Below are positions 19,608 to 29,513 of a stretch of 48,330 nucleotides of DNA, piece after piece. A program made the translations under genes and the position numbers. Position 1 is the stretch's first letter. Every line of letters starts with the position of its first letter. The stretch lies in sequence record DRR723986_3166. One strand, given 5' to 3'. The notes under the pieces are model-generated. The model had not been told where the DNA came from and did no database searches. It saw only the letters and a list, made by a program, of their open reading frames with translations.

Positions 19608-21425
19608 ATGTATTCTTATTCTGGATATGTTAAGTCGCTCGCAATTGGCGGGCTAATGTTAATGATGTGTGCCGGCGGGCAATCGGCCTTGGCACAGCCA
19701 TCGTGGGAGACGGCCGTTGGTGGCCCCAATCAGGAGACCGCCCACAAAGTTGTGCGAACCAATGCATTTGGGTATGAAGACTGGGTGCTTGCCGCCGGCG
19801 GCACTGATTCATATGCTACAAGCTTTAGTGCCAACCCACCGAATCTATATGTCACACATACGGATGGAAGTGGAGCAATGGCCAACGGCTTCGTGTTTGA
19901 TTTACAGTGCTGGGATGATGACTACTCAATCGTTGAACTCGAAAACCTTGGGCAGTTTGTTGTCACCACCGGTGTGTGGAATGAACATACCGGCAGTTAT
20001 GACATTGGAGTGATCTGTTGTGATTACAACGGCATGATTGTTTGGTCTCGCTTCTTTGGTGATGTTGGCCGTGATGGTGGCACCTCTATCATTCGTATGC
20101 AGAATGGTATTCTGGCAGGTGAGCTGGTAGTAGCTGGAACTTATGAGAATGCCGCCGGTGATCAGGATGGTCTGGTCATGGTGCTAAATCACTTAAACGG
20201 AAGCCTGCTTCGCTCGCGTAGAATCGATTGCTCTAACAGTTTCCGTTCCAACGATAGATTCATGTCTGTACGTGAAGACATTACTAATGTGGCCTTTGAC
20301 CCGGGGCATGTGTTTTTAACTGGTACAACCAACGCTGCCAATTCGACAACTCGTGACGATGATGTTTGGGTTATGCGCATCGATGTTGATGACTACTTCA
20401 TGCCATTTTCGTTTTCGAATGTGTATGACATGGGTGGAACAAATCAGAACGATCGTGGATATAACCTTGTGCAGACTGAAAATGCATCTGTTTGGAGCTT
20501 AACGGTTGTTGGCGAAACGTATGCTACGAATGTCTATGGCAGCCGCAATGATGCATTTGCCCTGCGCCTTGATCCAAGTGGAGTTTACCAATGGGCCGGG
20601 CGCTATAACCTGGAGCAGCAACTTGGAGATAACAGTTGGGACATCGCCTACGATGTCCAGGAAAGTATACAGAACCCTGGTTCCGGATACGTCGTTCTTA
20701 CCGGCCAGACGAACTCAGCCATTGATCGCACCGGGCAAGGTTTTACCTTGGAGGTTGACAACAACGGAACTCCGTCCCAGCCACGTATTTATGGCCGCCA
20801 GGGTTATAATAGCTTTCGTTCAATTGATAGAGTCGGGACAACTGGATTTTGTCTTGGCGGCATGACCAATAGCGATGGCTATGGTGGTGACCAATGGATC
20901 GTTTATGCTACTCCGGCACTGAATACTGGTCTTGATGTTAATACAATGGTGCCCTGCGTAGAGACGGCACAAGTGACCGCAACTTATGGCGCCGTGAGTA
21001 ACAATATCAATTTTACCGTCGACCAGTTCCTGGATGTACCTGCCGCACCAAGATTCAATATCGAATTGAATGTCTACCCAGATCAAATCTGTCAAGGACC
21101 ACCAACGCCGCAGGTTACAGATGTTAAAGCGGACAATGACTCTGATCACTTGTTGCAGGGCCGTCAAAATGTGCTCGCAGTGTCACCAAACCCCTTACAG
21201 GCCGGCAGTGATTTAATAGTTAATATCAGCTCAGGCCTGAACCAGGACTGGGTACTAACGGTCAGGGATGTCACCGGCCGGAGTGTCGTTGATATTAGTG
21301 GAGTGCAACACTCAAACGGCAAAAAGCTGCACCTCAACACTGAGCGTTGGGCCGCTGGTTCTTATACGCTAACGATCACCGATGGTCAAACAACTCAAAC
21401 TGCGCAAGTAATTGTGTTAAACTAA
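19608..21425 (+). CDS. Secreted beta-propeller-like protein A1 with T9SS CTD
   Basis: Signal peptide ALA|Q; W-x-x-x-[FY]G...D...G-x-T blade-like repeats; CTD VSPNP...DVTGR...AAGSYTLTI...QVIVLN; GGGAGA SD. Confidence 0.85.
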   Translation: MYSYSGYVKSLAIGGLMLMMCAGGQSALAQPSWETAVGGPNQETAHKVVRTNAFGYEDWVLAAGGTDSYATSFSANPPNLYVTHTDGSGAMANGFVFDLQCWDDDYSIVELENLGQFVVTTGVWNEHTGSYDIGVICCDYNGMIVWSRFFGDVGRDGGTSIIRMQNGILAGELVVAGTYENAAGDQDGLVMVLNHLNGSLLRSRRIDCSNSFRSNDRFMSVREDITNVAFDPGHVFLTGTTNAANSTTRDDDVWVMRIDVDDYFMPFSFSNVYDMGGTNQNDRGYNLVQTENASVWSLTVVGETYATNVYGSRNDAFALRLDPSGVYQWAGRYNLEQQLGDNSWDIAYDVQESIQNPGSGYVVLTGQTNSAIDRTGQGFTLEVDNNGTPSQPRIYGRQGYNSFRSIDRVGTTGFCLGGMTNSDGYGGDQWIVYATPALNTGLDVNTMVPCVETAQVTATYGAVSNNINFTVDQFLDVPAAPRFNIELNVYPDQICQGPPTPQVTDVKADNDSDHLLQGRQNVLAVSPNPLQAGSDLIVNISSGLNQDWVLTVRDVTGRSVVDISGVQHSNGKKLHLNTERWAAGSYTLTITDGQTTQTAQVIVLN

Positions 21426-21467
21426 ACAGCTATTACTGGAATTAATTCTAATAGGAAAATAAAAATT

Positions 21468-22961
21468 ATGAATATATTCATTAAATCAATTGCCGTTCAA
21501 CTGCTGCGGGCCGCCACCGCATTGACGGTCCTTCTGACAGCCTTGTTGAGTTCGCCGAACCTGTCGGCACAATGGGAACGCGCTTACGGTGACTACGATG
21601 CACCTGATCAGACCCATCAGGTCATCAAGGGAAGTATGGGGACATATACAGACTATGCGATTGCAATTGGCACATCAGATGCATCGCGCACTTTACCATC
21701 CCTGAGCTTTCAACCTCCGAGTATTGTGATTACATATACGGATGCCTCGGGTGGCGCTCAGCAAAATGTACTCTATGATGTACAGGCCTGGGACAAGGGT
21801 GCCGGCATAACGGAACTTGCCAATGGAGACATCGCCTGGACAACCGGGGCACTTAACGATGCTAACGGAAGTTATGATGTGCTGGTCTGCGTTGGCCCGC
21901 ACTTGGCTGCGCCGACGCAAACCCTGATGTTCGGTGGCTTACAGACTGATGGCGGTACATCCATTATTCAACTCAATGATGGCACGGGCGATCTCCTGGT
22001 AGCCGGATTTACCGATAGTTATGGCAATGGTACGCGCGATGCCCTGGTAGCGCGCATCAGCACCACAGTTTTTGGTTTAGTCTGGACACGCCGCTTCCAC
22101 GGTCCATTTTTTGATCGCAATGATGAGTTTTATGACTTGCAGCAGGGAACCGGGACAACTTCCGGTATGGTATATCTTGTTGGTCGCAGTGGTAGTTATG
22201 GCTTTGGATCTGACTACGACATGCAGATAACGATGATCGATCCCAGTGGCCCAACCCTGCTTGCCTCACGCTACTTTGGGGATACACCGGAAAACGATGG
22301 AGCCGAAGGCTTGGAAACCTACACGCAAACTTACTCGATGCAGCCTAATGTCGAAAAAGTCGCCGTGGTTGGCGAAGTCTATAGTTGGACAACACTTAAA
22401 AATGATGCCTGTGTTTTAGTGATGGACAACGCATTAAACTTTCTGTGGGCCGAGCATTATGATTTTAACAAGTCGAACCCGCCGATTTGGGATCATGGAT
22501 ACGACATCATTAAACAGGAATCGGACGGTGACATTTCGCCAAGTGGGCAATTAGTCGTGGTTGGTCAAACCAACAACAACTCAAGCCTTGCTCAAGGTAC
22601 GGCATTCTCAATGCTTTTGCCGGATAATGGCGGTTTTGTATTGGGTGGATTTCGGTATAAAGGCGGGAGTATTCATACTAGCGCGCATTCAATCACGCAT
22701 GCACCGGACCCGTTCCCGGGAGCTCCCAACTACTATGTAGGCGGTCAAACCTACCAGGTCGGTGCCGGCGACGAATATCTGCTGCGTTTGAACACTGGTC
22801 TTGATACCGGCTGTGAGAACTTTATGTTACCGGACAATAAGAGCATCTTTTTTGGATATCTGCGCGACTATGGAATTTCAATGGTTGCCGAATTTCCGCC
22901 TGGCAGATTTCCAACTGTTAATGCCACAACAAATGGAGATCCAACTCCCTTGTGCAATTAA
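21468..22961 (+). CDS. Secreted beta-propeller-like protein B1 (no CTD)
   Basis: Signal peptide LSA|Q; homologous to A1 over its full length; ends at PLCN. Confidence 0.85.
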   Translation: MNIFIKSIAVQLLRAATALTVLLTALLSSPNLSAQWERAYGDYDAPDQTHQVIKGSMGTYTDYAIAIGTSDASRTLPSLSFQPPSIVITYTDASGGAQQNVLYDVQAWDKGAGITELANGDIAWTTGALNDANGSYDVLVCVGPHLAAPTQTLMFGGLQTDGGTSIIQLNDGTGDLLVAGFTDSYGNGTRDALVARISTTVFGLVWTRRFHGPFFDRNDEFYDLQQGTGTTSGMVYLVGRSGSYGFGSDYDMQITMIDPSGPTLLASRYFGDTPENDGAEGLETYTQTYSMQPNVEKVAVVGEVYSWTTLKNDACVLVMDNALNFLWAEHYDFNKSNPPIWDHGYDIIKQESDGDISPSGQLVVVGQTNNNSSLAQGTAFSMLLPDNGGFVLGGFRYKGGSIHTSAHSITHAPDPFPGAPNYYVGGQTYQVGAGDEYLLRLNTGLDTGCENFMLPDNKSIFFGYLRDYGISMVAEFPPGRFPTVNATTNGDPTPLCN

Positions 22962-22992
22962 TACCCTCACTACTTTAAGCCCCTGGAAATAC

Positions 22993-23023
22993 GTGCCAGG
23001 CGAATTGGTCCATCGCCTGGTGC
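22993..23023 (+). other. Intergenic stem-loop between B1 and A2 (no U-tract)
   Basis: GTGCCAGGCGA-9 nt-TCGCCTGGTGC. Confidence 0.55.
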
Positions 23024-23105
23024 TACTTATAAGCTAACAGTATTCTTATTTATTAACAGACATGTTGCTCCATTGACAGGAGCAGCACTGGGAGAGAAAT
23101 AACCC

Positions 23106-24962
23106 ATGCAGAAAGTATCAGGACTTTCAATAACGCTTTTATGTGGCGTATTTATGTTAATTATTCTGTCTGCAGGACAGCCTTTGATGTCACAGCCCGT
23201 ATGGGAATCCGCTCTTGGAGGATTCCGTATGGAACAAGCCTATGACGTTAAAACAGCCAGTAATGTCGACTATACGGATTGGGCGCTGGCCGTAGGTGGT
23301 ACGGACACCTATGGCGCATCATTTAGCCCCAATCCGCCCAATCTGTACGTGAGCCTTACCGATCCGAGCGGTCGCCGCGGCGAGGGTTGGGCCTATGACG
23401 TGCACACCTGGGATGAAGACTATGCGATCACAGAAATTAACAACGGAATCGGTTTTGTACTAACAACCGGGGCCTGGAATGAATACACAGGCAGCTATGA
23501 CATCTTTGTAATGCGCGTTGACTATAGCGATGCCATGAATCCCGTTTGGGTTAAATGGTTCGGCGGCTTTGGCCGCGACGGTGGAACCGACGTCATCGAA
23601 AAAAAGACCGGTAGTTTTGCAGATCAGATTATGGTGACCGGAATCTATGAGCACGAAGACGGTGATGAAGATGCCTTCCTTATCATACTGGATGCAACAA
23701 CCGGCAACTGGCTTGATGGACGCCGCTATCACAACGCAAATTCAAATGAACGTATTATGGGAATGGCTCAGGGACCAATCTCCGAGCCAAGCTTTGACGA
23801 GGCTCTCTTTCTGGTTGGTTCCAGCAATGCCAATGATCCTGTTAACAAAGACATGGACATTTGGTATGTGGCGATTGATCTCAATAGTATTTATGCGCCG
23901 CTGCTTGCCTCAAATCTCTATGAAGTCGGTTCCGGGAACTTTAATGACTACGGCAACAATATACATGTAAACCGGGATATTGTTAACGGTAATAGTGTCT
24001 GGTTCGTCACAATTGCCGGCGAGACCCATATGCCGGATAACCCGAACTTTAATCGAGCCGATGCGGCTGTGCTGCGCCTGGATCTGGCAGGCGGAACTTC
24101 GGTGCCTAACAGCTGGATACACCGCTATAATATTCCATACCAGGTTGGTGACGATAGCTGGGATGCAGCCTATGATCTGGTACCTTCGGCATATGATTTT
24201 AACAATGTCGTTGTAGTCGGACAGTCCAACAACTCACTTGACCCCAATGGCAGTGGTTTTGCCATGGAGCTGGATGAAACCGGCACGCCACAGGCTACCA
24301 GATTGTACGGCCGCACGGGTTACGACACCTTCCGCGGCGCCGACTCCTACGAAGACGGGATGAGCCGTGAAGGTTACTACTTTGCCGGCACAACACTTTC
24401 GGCCGGAAATGGCGGCGGAGATCACTGGATTGTGCTGGCCGACCCAGCATTGAATAGCGGCATAAACAAATCAACGTGTAATGACTGCGCAACTCCTGCA
24501 CCTGCTACCCACATTGCCGGTGGAACTTCTGTGCCATTTTCGCCGGTATGGGCACCGATTCAGATACTGGCGGGCCCAACTCCAATGCCCTCGCAGGGTG
24601 GTGATGTGTTGGCAATTTGCACTCCCCAATCCTGTAAGCAGGGCGCTTTGCCAGGTGCCTCAGAATCTGAGTCTACGGAGTTGCCGGCAGCCCCATCGCA
24701 GTTTAGCCTGATGACACTTTCTCCAAACCCAGTTCAGATTGGAACTGACGTACTCGTGTCCTTACAGGGGGAAATCCATGAGTCGGCCGTATTAACAGTC
24801 CATGACCTTGCGGGACGCGAGATAATGAAATTCTCGGGTCCACAGGCGCTGTCTTCAAAGCTGATCAGTATTCCAACCAAAGGTCTTGTGGCTGGATCGT
24901 ACAGCATCAGCATTGTTAATGGCAATGTAATTCAGCGACAGGCCCTTGTAATTATCGACTAA
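23106..24962 (+). CDS. Secreted beta-propeller-like protein A2 with T9SS CTD
   Basis: QPVWESALGG...FSPNPPNLYVSLTD...WDEDY; CTD LSPNP...DLAGR...VAGSYSISI. Confidence 0.85.
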   Translation: MQKVSGLSITLLCGVFMLIILSAGQPLMSQPVWESALGGFRMEQAYDVKTASNVDYTDWALAVGGTDTYGASFSPNPPNLYVSLTDPSGRRGEGWAYDVHTWDEDYAITEINNGIGFVLTTGAWNEYTGSYDIFVMRVDYSDAMNPVWVKWFGGFGRDGGTDVIEKKTGSFADQIMVTGIYEHEDGDEDAFLIILDATTGNWLDGRRYHNANSNERIMGMAQGPISEPSFDEALFLVGSSNANDPVNKDMDIWYVAIDLNSIYAPLLASNLYEVGSGNFNDYGNNIHVNRDIVNGNSVWFVTIAGETHMPDNPNFNRADAAVLRLDLAGGTSVPNSWIHRYNIPYQVGDDSWDAAYDLVPSAYDFNNVVVVGQSNNSLDPNGSGFAMELDETGTPQATRLYGRTGYDTFRGADSYEDGMSREGYYFAGTTLSAGNGGGDHWIVLADPALNSGINKSTCNDCATPAPATHIAGGTSVPFSPVWAPIQILAGPTPMPSQGGDVLAICTPQSCKQGALPGASESESTELPAAPSQFSLMTLSPNPVQIGTDVLVSLQGEIHESAVLTVHDLAGREIMKFSGPQALSSKLISIPTKGLVAGSYSISIVNGNVIQRQALVIID

Positions 24963-25014
24963 ACACAATTAGACTGAAACAACAATCAAACATAGATAAT
25001 TGGAGAACTCCGTA

Positions 25015-26511
25015 ATGCAATACTTAAACAAACCAGTGCACATTCTGTGTGGTGTGCTGAGCGCTTTACTGTTGATTGTCTTCTGTGCAATGGATGTTCA
25101 TGCACAATCAGAGCGTGGGCTAGGCGTGGACGGCCCTCTTGATGAAGCCTGGGATCTTGTCAAAGGCGCTACAAGCACCAATATGGACAAGATCATCACA
25201 CTTGGTGGAACCTGGGGTTCGGATATGACCTCGTCCTTTAACTCCAACCCGCCAAACGCATACGTCACAATCAGTGATGACCTGGGCTCGCCGCTGCAGA
25301 CGACGATGTACGATGTTGAACTCTGGGATCGTGGTGCCGGACTTGTTGAACTAAGTGATGCAACTGGATTCGTTTGGGTCAGCGGTGGCCGCAACCCGAA
25401 TAATGGTAGTTTTGATATCATTGTAGTCTACCAACAGCAAACCGGCTCGATTCCCGCCAATCCACTAATGCGCTTCTTTGGCGGCAACCTGGAAGACGGT
25501 GCAACCGATATTATTGAAGTCAACGACGGTACGGGTGAGATTCTCATCTGCGGGTCTACACGCAGTTATGGAGTTGGTAACAAAGACGGAATCGTCATGC
25601 GTATCGACCCTAAAACCATGAACGTGATCTGGACGCGAACCTTTAGTGGCTCCGGATTCGACCGCAACGACGAATTTACTGCACTTAAACAAGCCGATGC
25701 CAATTTTGACAATCCCGGCCACGTTTATCTTGCCGGCACGAGTAACAGTTGGTCTTCCAACAACGCATACGACATGTGGTTCGTCGAAATTGATCCAAAT
25801 CGATTTGGCCCAATTTTACAGGGGAGCCGCATATTTGGTGGAAGCACTAACGAGCGTGCACACGGTCTGGAAACACAATCCTACCTCGTCGGCCAGAATT
25901 GGGTCAACCGCGTCGTGGCCTCCGGCGAGACCTACAGCTACAGTACTTCTAAAAGTGACGCTTGCCTGCTTAACTTTGATGAGTACTTTAACGGCCAGTG
26001 GGCAACTCGTTATGACTTTAACAATTCATCCCCCGAAGGCTGGGATGTTGCCTACGACGTAGTCAAAACGGTAGCATACAATGGTGAAATTGTTGTTGTT
26101 GGGCAGATTAACAACCCTCTTGTGCCCAATGGAGCAGGGTTCGGCATGCGTATTCCCGTTACTGGCGGCGCGCCTTCATTGCCATTTGAGCTGTACTATG
26201 GAGATGTGAATGGCTACAATACACTGCGCGCGCTCTACAATACGAATCATGCCGTTAAGCCCTATGCCGCCGCCGGGCGTACCGATCGTAATGAAGCCGG
26301 TGACAAGTACCTACTCCTGTTGGGGCCGCACGGACAGTCCGGTCAACAGGCCATGGCGGATTGCGCTACTTCCATTTCACCGAGCGCATATGCACTGACG
26401 CCAACACTTAGTCAGGTAACGGTGAACCTTGCGACACCATTTCTGGGAAATGGCCAGGTGTTGCTGAATTCAATTTCAATTGGCCGCGAAGTGTTCTATT
26501 GTCATCAGTGA
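25015..26511 (+). CDS. Secreted beta-propeller-like protein B2 (no CTD)
   Basis: ATG 25015 after GGAGA SD; signal peptide VHA|Q; FNSNPPNAY; ends at FYCHQ. Confidence 0.85.
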   Translation: MQYLNKPVHILCGVLSALLLIVFCAMDVHAQSERGLGVDGPLDEAWDLVKGATSTNMDKIITLGGTWGSDMTSSFNSNPPNAYVTISDDLGSPLQTTMYDVELWDRGAGLVELSDATGFVWVSGGRNPNNGSFDIIVVYQQQTGSIPANPLMRFFGGNLEDGATDIIEVNDGTGEILICGSTRSYGVGNKDGIVMRIDPKTMNVIWTRTFSGSGFDRNDEFTALKQADANFDNPGHVYLAGTSNSWSSNNAYDMWFVEIDPNRFGPILQGSRIFGGSTNERAHGLETQSYLVGQNWVNRVVASGETYSYSTSKSDACLLNFDEYFNGQWATRYDFNNSSPEGWDVAYDVVKTVAYNGEIVVVGQINNPLVPNGAGFGMRIPVTGGAPSLPFELYYGDVNGYNTLRALYNTNHAVKPYAAAGRTDRNEAGDKYLLLLGPHGQSGQQAMADCATSISPSAYALTPTLSQVTVNLATPFLGNGQVLLNSISIGREVFYCHQ

Positions 26512-26569
26512 TCCTTGCCTTTGTTGCCGAACTGTTAAGTAATTATTACATCAGACTTATGAGCTAAAC

Positions 26570-26613
26570 AGCAGAAAACCACTTGACCTGAAGTCTTGTG
26601 GTTTTTTGCTTTG
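26570..26613 (+). terminator. Probable terminator after B2
   Basis: AGCAGAAAACCAC...GTGGTTTTTTGCT hairpin with U-rich 3' side. Confidence 0.65.
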
Positions 26614-26833
26614 TAGCTGTCAGAGTTTTGACAGTACCGATATTCGCCGCGTGCTCATCCCAGAGCCAAGCCAGGCCTCATTAGGCAAAACTTTCACCGT
26701 CCTGACGCACTTTGATCTACTTTAACGGAAGTCACGCCTATCTTTGTGACGCTGCACCTATTTGGCTGTTCTGCACCGGACTACGAAAAAGGAACAAAAA
26801 TTGAATCCAGGGAAAAAGTACGAGATTTTCCTA

Positions 26834-26862
26834 TTGACTTTCTCAAAGTATTATCTTAAGTT
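26834..26862 (+). promoter_or_regulatory. Candidate promoter upstream of A3/B3
   Basis: TTGACT-17 bp-TAAGTT. Confidence 0.5.
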
Positions 26863-27010
26863 CACCATCAAGTTTAACAGCGATTCATGCAACTGGATCA
26901 TGTATGCCGCGGGTCACTATCCATTTTGGGTATTTTGCCCCCATCAGACCAAACGCTGTCTAACTTGAGAGCCACATCTAATTCATTATAGCACTTTTGG
27001 AAACGCAGTA

Positions 27011-27375
27011 GTTCCAGTTCGTATGAACTGGACCGATAGTTTTATTTATTCACAGTCGAACAGTCAATTTTCATGAAGGTTATGTGGCTTCCGAGCCACT
27101 CAACCACAATTGAAAGGACAATTCTCTAAGAAGCGCACTGTGCAACAGTTGAGGTGTAACTGTTGTATGCTGCGGCAGTACCAGGTACAACCACTCCTTT
27201 AAATACACCTCATTCCAAGTCATACTACCCTGGACTCGTGTTAACACACGGGTGTAGGCGACGGTCGTAAGTCGTGAATTAACCGATCCAAGTCAGCTGT
27301 GTTACAACAGATGACTGGGAATCAAATCGCTCACCCAGCGATTGATGCACTCAATGTATGTAACATATATTGAGC
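27011..27375 (+). ncRNA. Candidate structured RNA or 5' leader (series of hairpins, no known family recognised)
   Basis: At least seven stem-loops in about 365 nt with no credible ORF; see findings. Confidence 0.35.
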
Positions 27376-27610
27376 GAATAAGAGCGCATAGGAATTGATC
27401 GCAAGTGCCGTATCACCCTCGATTCGGCCGAGATTAGCATGAACCGTTGTTTCTGGACGAACAGACTTTAACCTGTTTGCTGGAAGACTAATGTCCAAAT
27501 GTTAAGTATTGCTACAGATGCACAAGGCTTCTGTAGCGGAGTAAATATTACACTCTGCTTATTGATTTTAATCGACATCCTAAACTGGATGCCGACAGGA
27601 GGAATTTTGT

Positions 27611-29464
27611 ATGAATGGAATGAAACACGCCAACTGGCAGGCGTTGTGCGCAACAAAAACAGTGTTGCTGCTATTACTTGCCACAGTTTTTGTTAACCAT
27701 ACAGCCCTGGCACAACCATCCTGGGAATCCGCTGTAGGGGGGCCAAACCTGGAAACGGCGCACAAAGTAGTCCGAACTGAAAGACCGAGCTTTGAGGACG
27801 GTGTACTCGCCGTTGGTGGTACTGATTCATTCGGTGCGCGGTTCCAGTCGAACCCACCAAACCTCTATGTGAGTTACACCGATCCGACTGGCACTGGTGC
27901 CATCGGTTGGGCTCTGGATCTTCAGACCTGGGGTGAGGATTATTCAATTGTTGAAATGCCCGACCTGGAGCAATTTGTTGTAACTACCGGAGCCTGGAAT
28001 CCAAATACAGGCAGTTACGACATTGCCGTTATTTGTTTAGACTTTGATGAAAACATCATCTGGTCAAACTGGTACGGCTCATACGGTCGTGATGGTGGTA
28101 CTTCAATCATCCGCATGCAAGAAGGCCAATATGCCGGTCAACTCGTTGTAGCCGGATTCTATGAAAATGATAATGGCAACAACGACGGTGTTATTATTCG
28201 TTTACTTGACGACGGAACACCTCAGGTCGCCAGTCGCTTTGACCTCTCTTCATTAACCTTTAACTCCAATGACCGTCTATTTTGTGTGCGCGAAGACATC
28301 ATCCAGCAATATGGTGCAGACCATGTGTATGCGGTAGGTGCAAGCAATATTGATAATCCCGGTCCAAAAGACGATGACCTTTGGCTTTTACATGTGGAGC
28401 TTACCGCTACGGCCAACACCGGTGTTAACTCCGTTGTTTATGATGCCGCCGGCGGGAATGATCGTGGCTACAGTTTAACGATTGGTGAAAGCCCTGAATT
28501 TCAAGGCGGATGGGTTATCACTATGGTTGGTGAAAGCCAGTACACTATTTTCCCGGATAAAAATGATGCTTTTGTTGTTCGTTCGGATTTTGCCGGGAAT
28601 GTTAATCAAATTGGCTTGTTTGGAATAAGTTACAATATACCTGGCCCGGGAGACAACAGTTGGGATGTTGCCTATTCGGTTGAAAACAACCTGGCCAACA
28701 ATGGTGGAGTGATTGTTGTTGGTCAAACAAACCGTCAGAATGAAGCCTATGGCGATGGATTCGCGATGGAGATTGGCAACCTCGGGAATGTAGGTCCGGC
28801 AAGCACCTACGGCCGCACTGACTACGAGTCTATTCGCTCAATTGCGGTCTACCCCGGAATGGGATACTACTACGGTGGTATCACCTATTCGGATGGCAAT
28901 GGCGGTGGTGACCAATGGATTTCTTCCGCTACACCCTTTTTGTTAACCGGAACCAACCTTGAATCCAGCAACACTTGTGCTCTGCCAACATCACCCGATC
29001 CGGGTTTTGGGCTTAATATAGCAACTACAGTATTTCCCGATGTTGCTATTCCATCACCTACGCCACCAATCTTTGATATCGTTTCTGACGGTCAACTGGT
29101 AGAAGTTTGCCAGGGACCACCAAGCCCGGCACCGCCGCCGGTTACAACAGATGTAGAGTCGGAGATTGATCCTAATAATGCTGCCGTGGGCAACAGTCCA
29201 AACAGCGCAATGTTTATCATGGCGCCCAACCCGGTTGCTAAAGGTCAGGAAGTTACGCTACGCCTGCGTCGGACTTTAACAGCGGATGCAAGTGTAACTG
29301 TCTCTGATGCACTCGGCCGTACACTGCTGCTCTTGGCAGGTGCTGATATTAACAATCAAAGTGTCATTACAATTGCAACCGAGGGTTGGAGTAGTGGTGC
29401 TTACAATGTTACGATCAGTGCGCAGGATGAAGTTCATAACGCCAGCTTTATTATCAACGATTAA
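27611..29464 (+). CDS. Secreted beta-propeller-like protein A3 with T9SS CTD
   Basis: AGGAGG SD; QPSWESAVGGPNLETAHKVVRT closely matches the A1 start; CTD MAPNP...DALGR...SSGAYNVTI. Confidence 0.85.
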   Translation: MNGMKHANWQALCATKTVLLLLLATVFVNHTALAQPSWESAVGGPNLETAHKVVRTERPSFEDGVLAVGGTDSFGARFQSNPPNLYVSYTDPTGTGAIGWALDLQTWGEDYSIVEMPDLEQFVVTTGAWNPNTGSYDIAVICLDFDENIIWSNWYGSYGRDGGTSIIRMQEGQYAGQLVVAGFYENDNGNNDGVIIRLLDDGTPQVASRFDLSSLTFNSNDRLFCVREDIIQQYGADHVYAVGASNIDNPGPKDDDLWLLHVELTATANTGVNSVVYDAAGGNDRGYSLTIGESPEFQGGWVITMVGESQYTIFPDKNDAFVVRSDFAGNVNQIGLFGISYNIPGPGDNSWDVAYSVENNLANNGGVIVVGQTNRQNEAYGDGFAMEIGNLGNVGPASTYGRTDYESIRSIAVYPGMGYYYGGITYSDGNGGGDQWISSATPFLLTGTNLESSNTCALPTSPDPGFGLNIATTVFPDVAIPSPTPPIFDIVSDGQLVEVCQGPPSPAPPPVTTDVESEIDPNNAAVGNSPNSAMFIMAPNPVAKGQEVTLRLRRTLTADASVTVSDALGRTLLLLAGADINNQSVITIATEGWSSGAYNVTISAQDEVHNASFIIND

Positions 29465-29513
29465 CTCTCAATTCATCGGTAAATATTGAATTCTACTCAA
29501 GGAGATAAAGTTT

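Noticed and set aside
26684-26720. c-di-GMP-I riboswitch (GGCAAA...GACGCA)
   Set aside because: No GNRA-capped P2 stem between the two words, and it lies upstream of the candidate promoter
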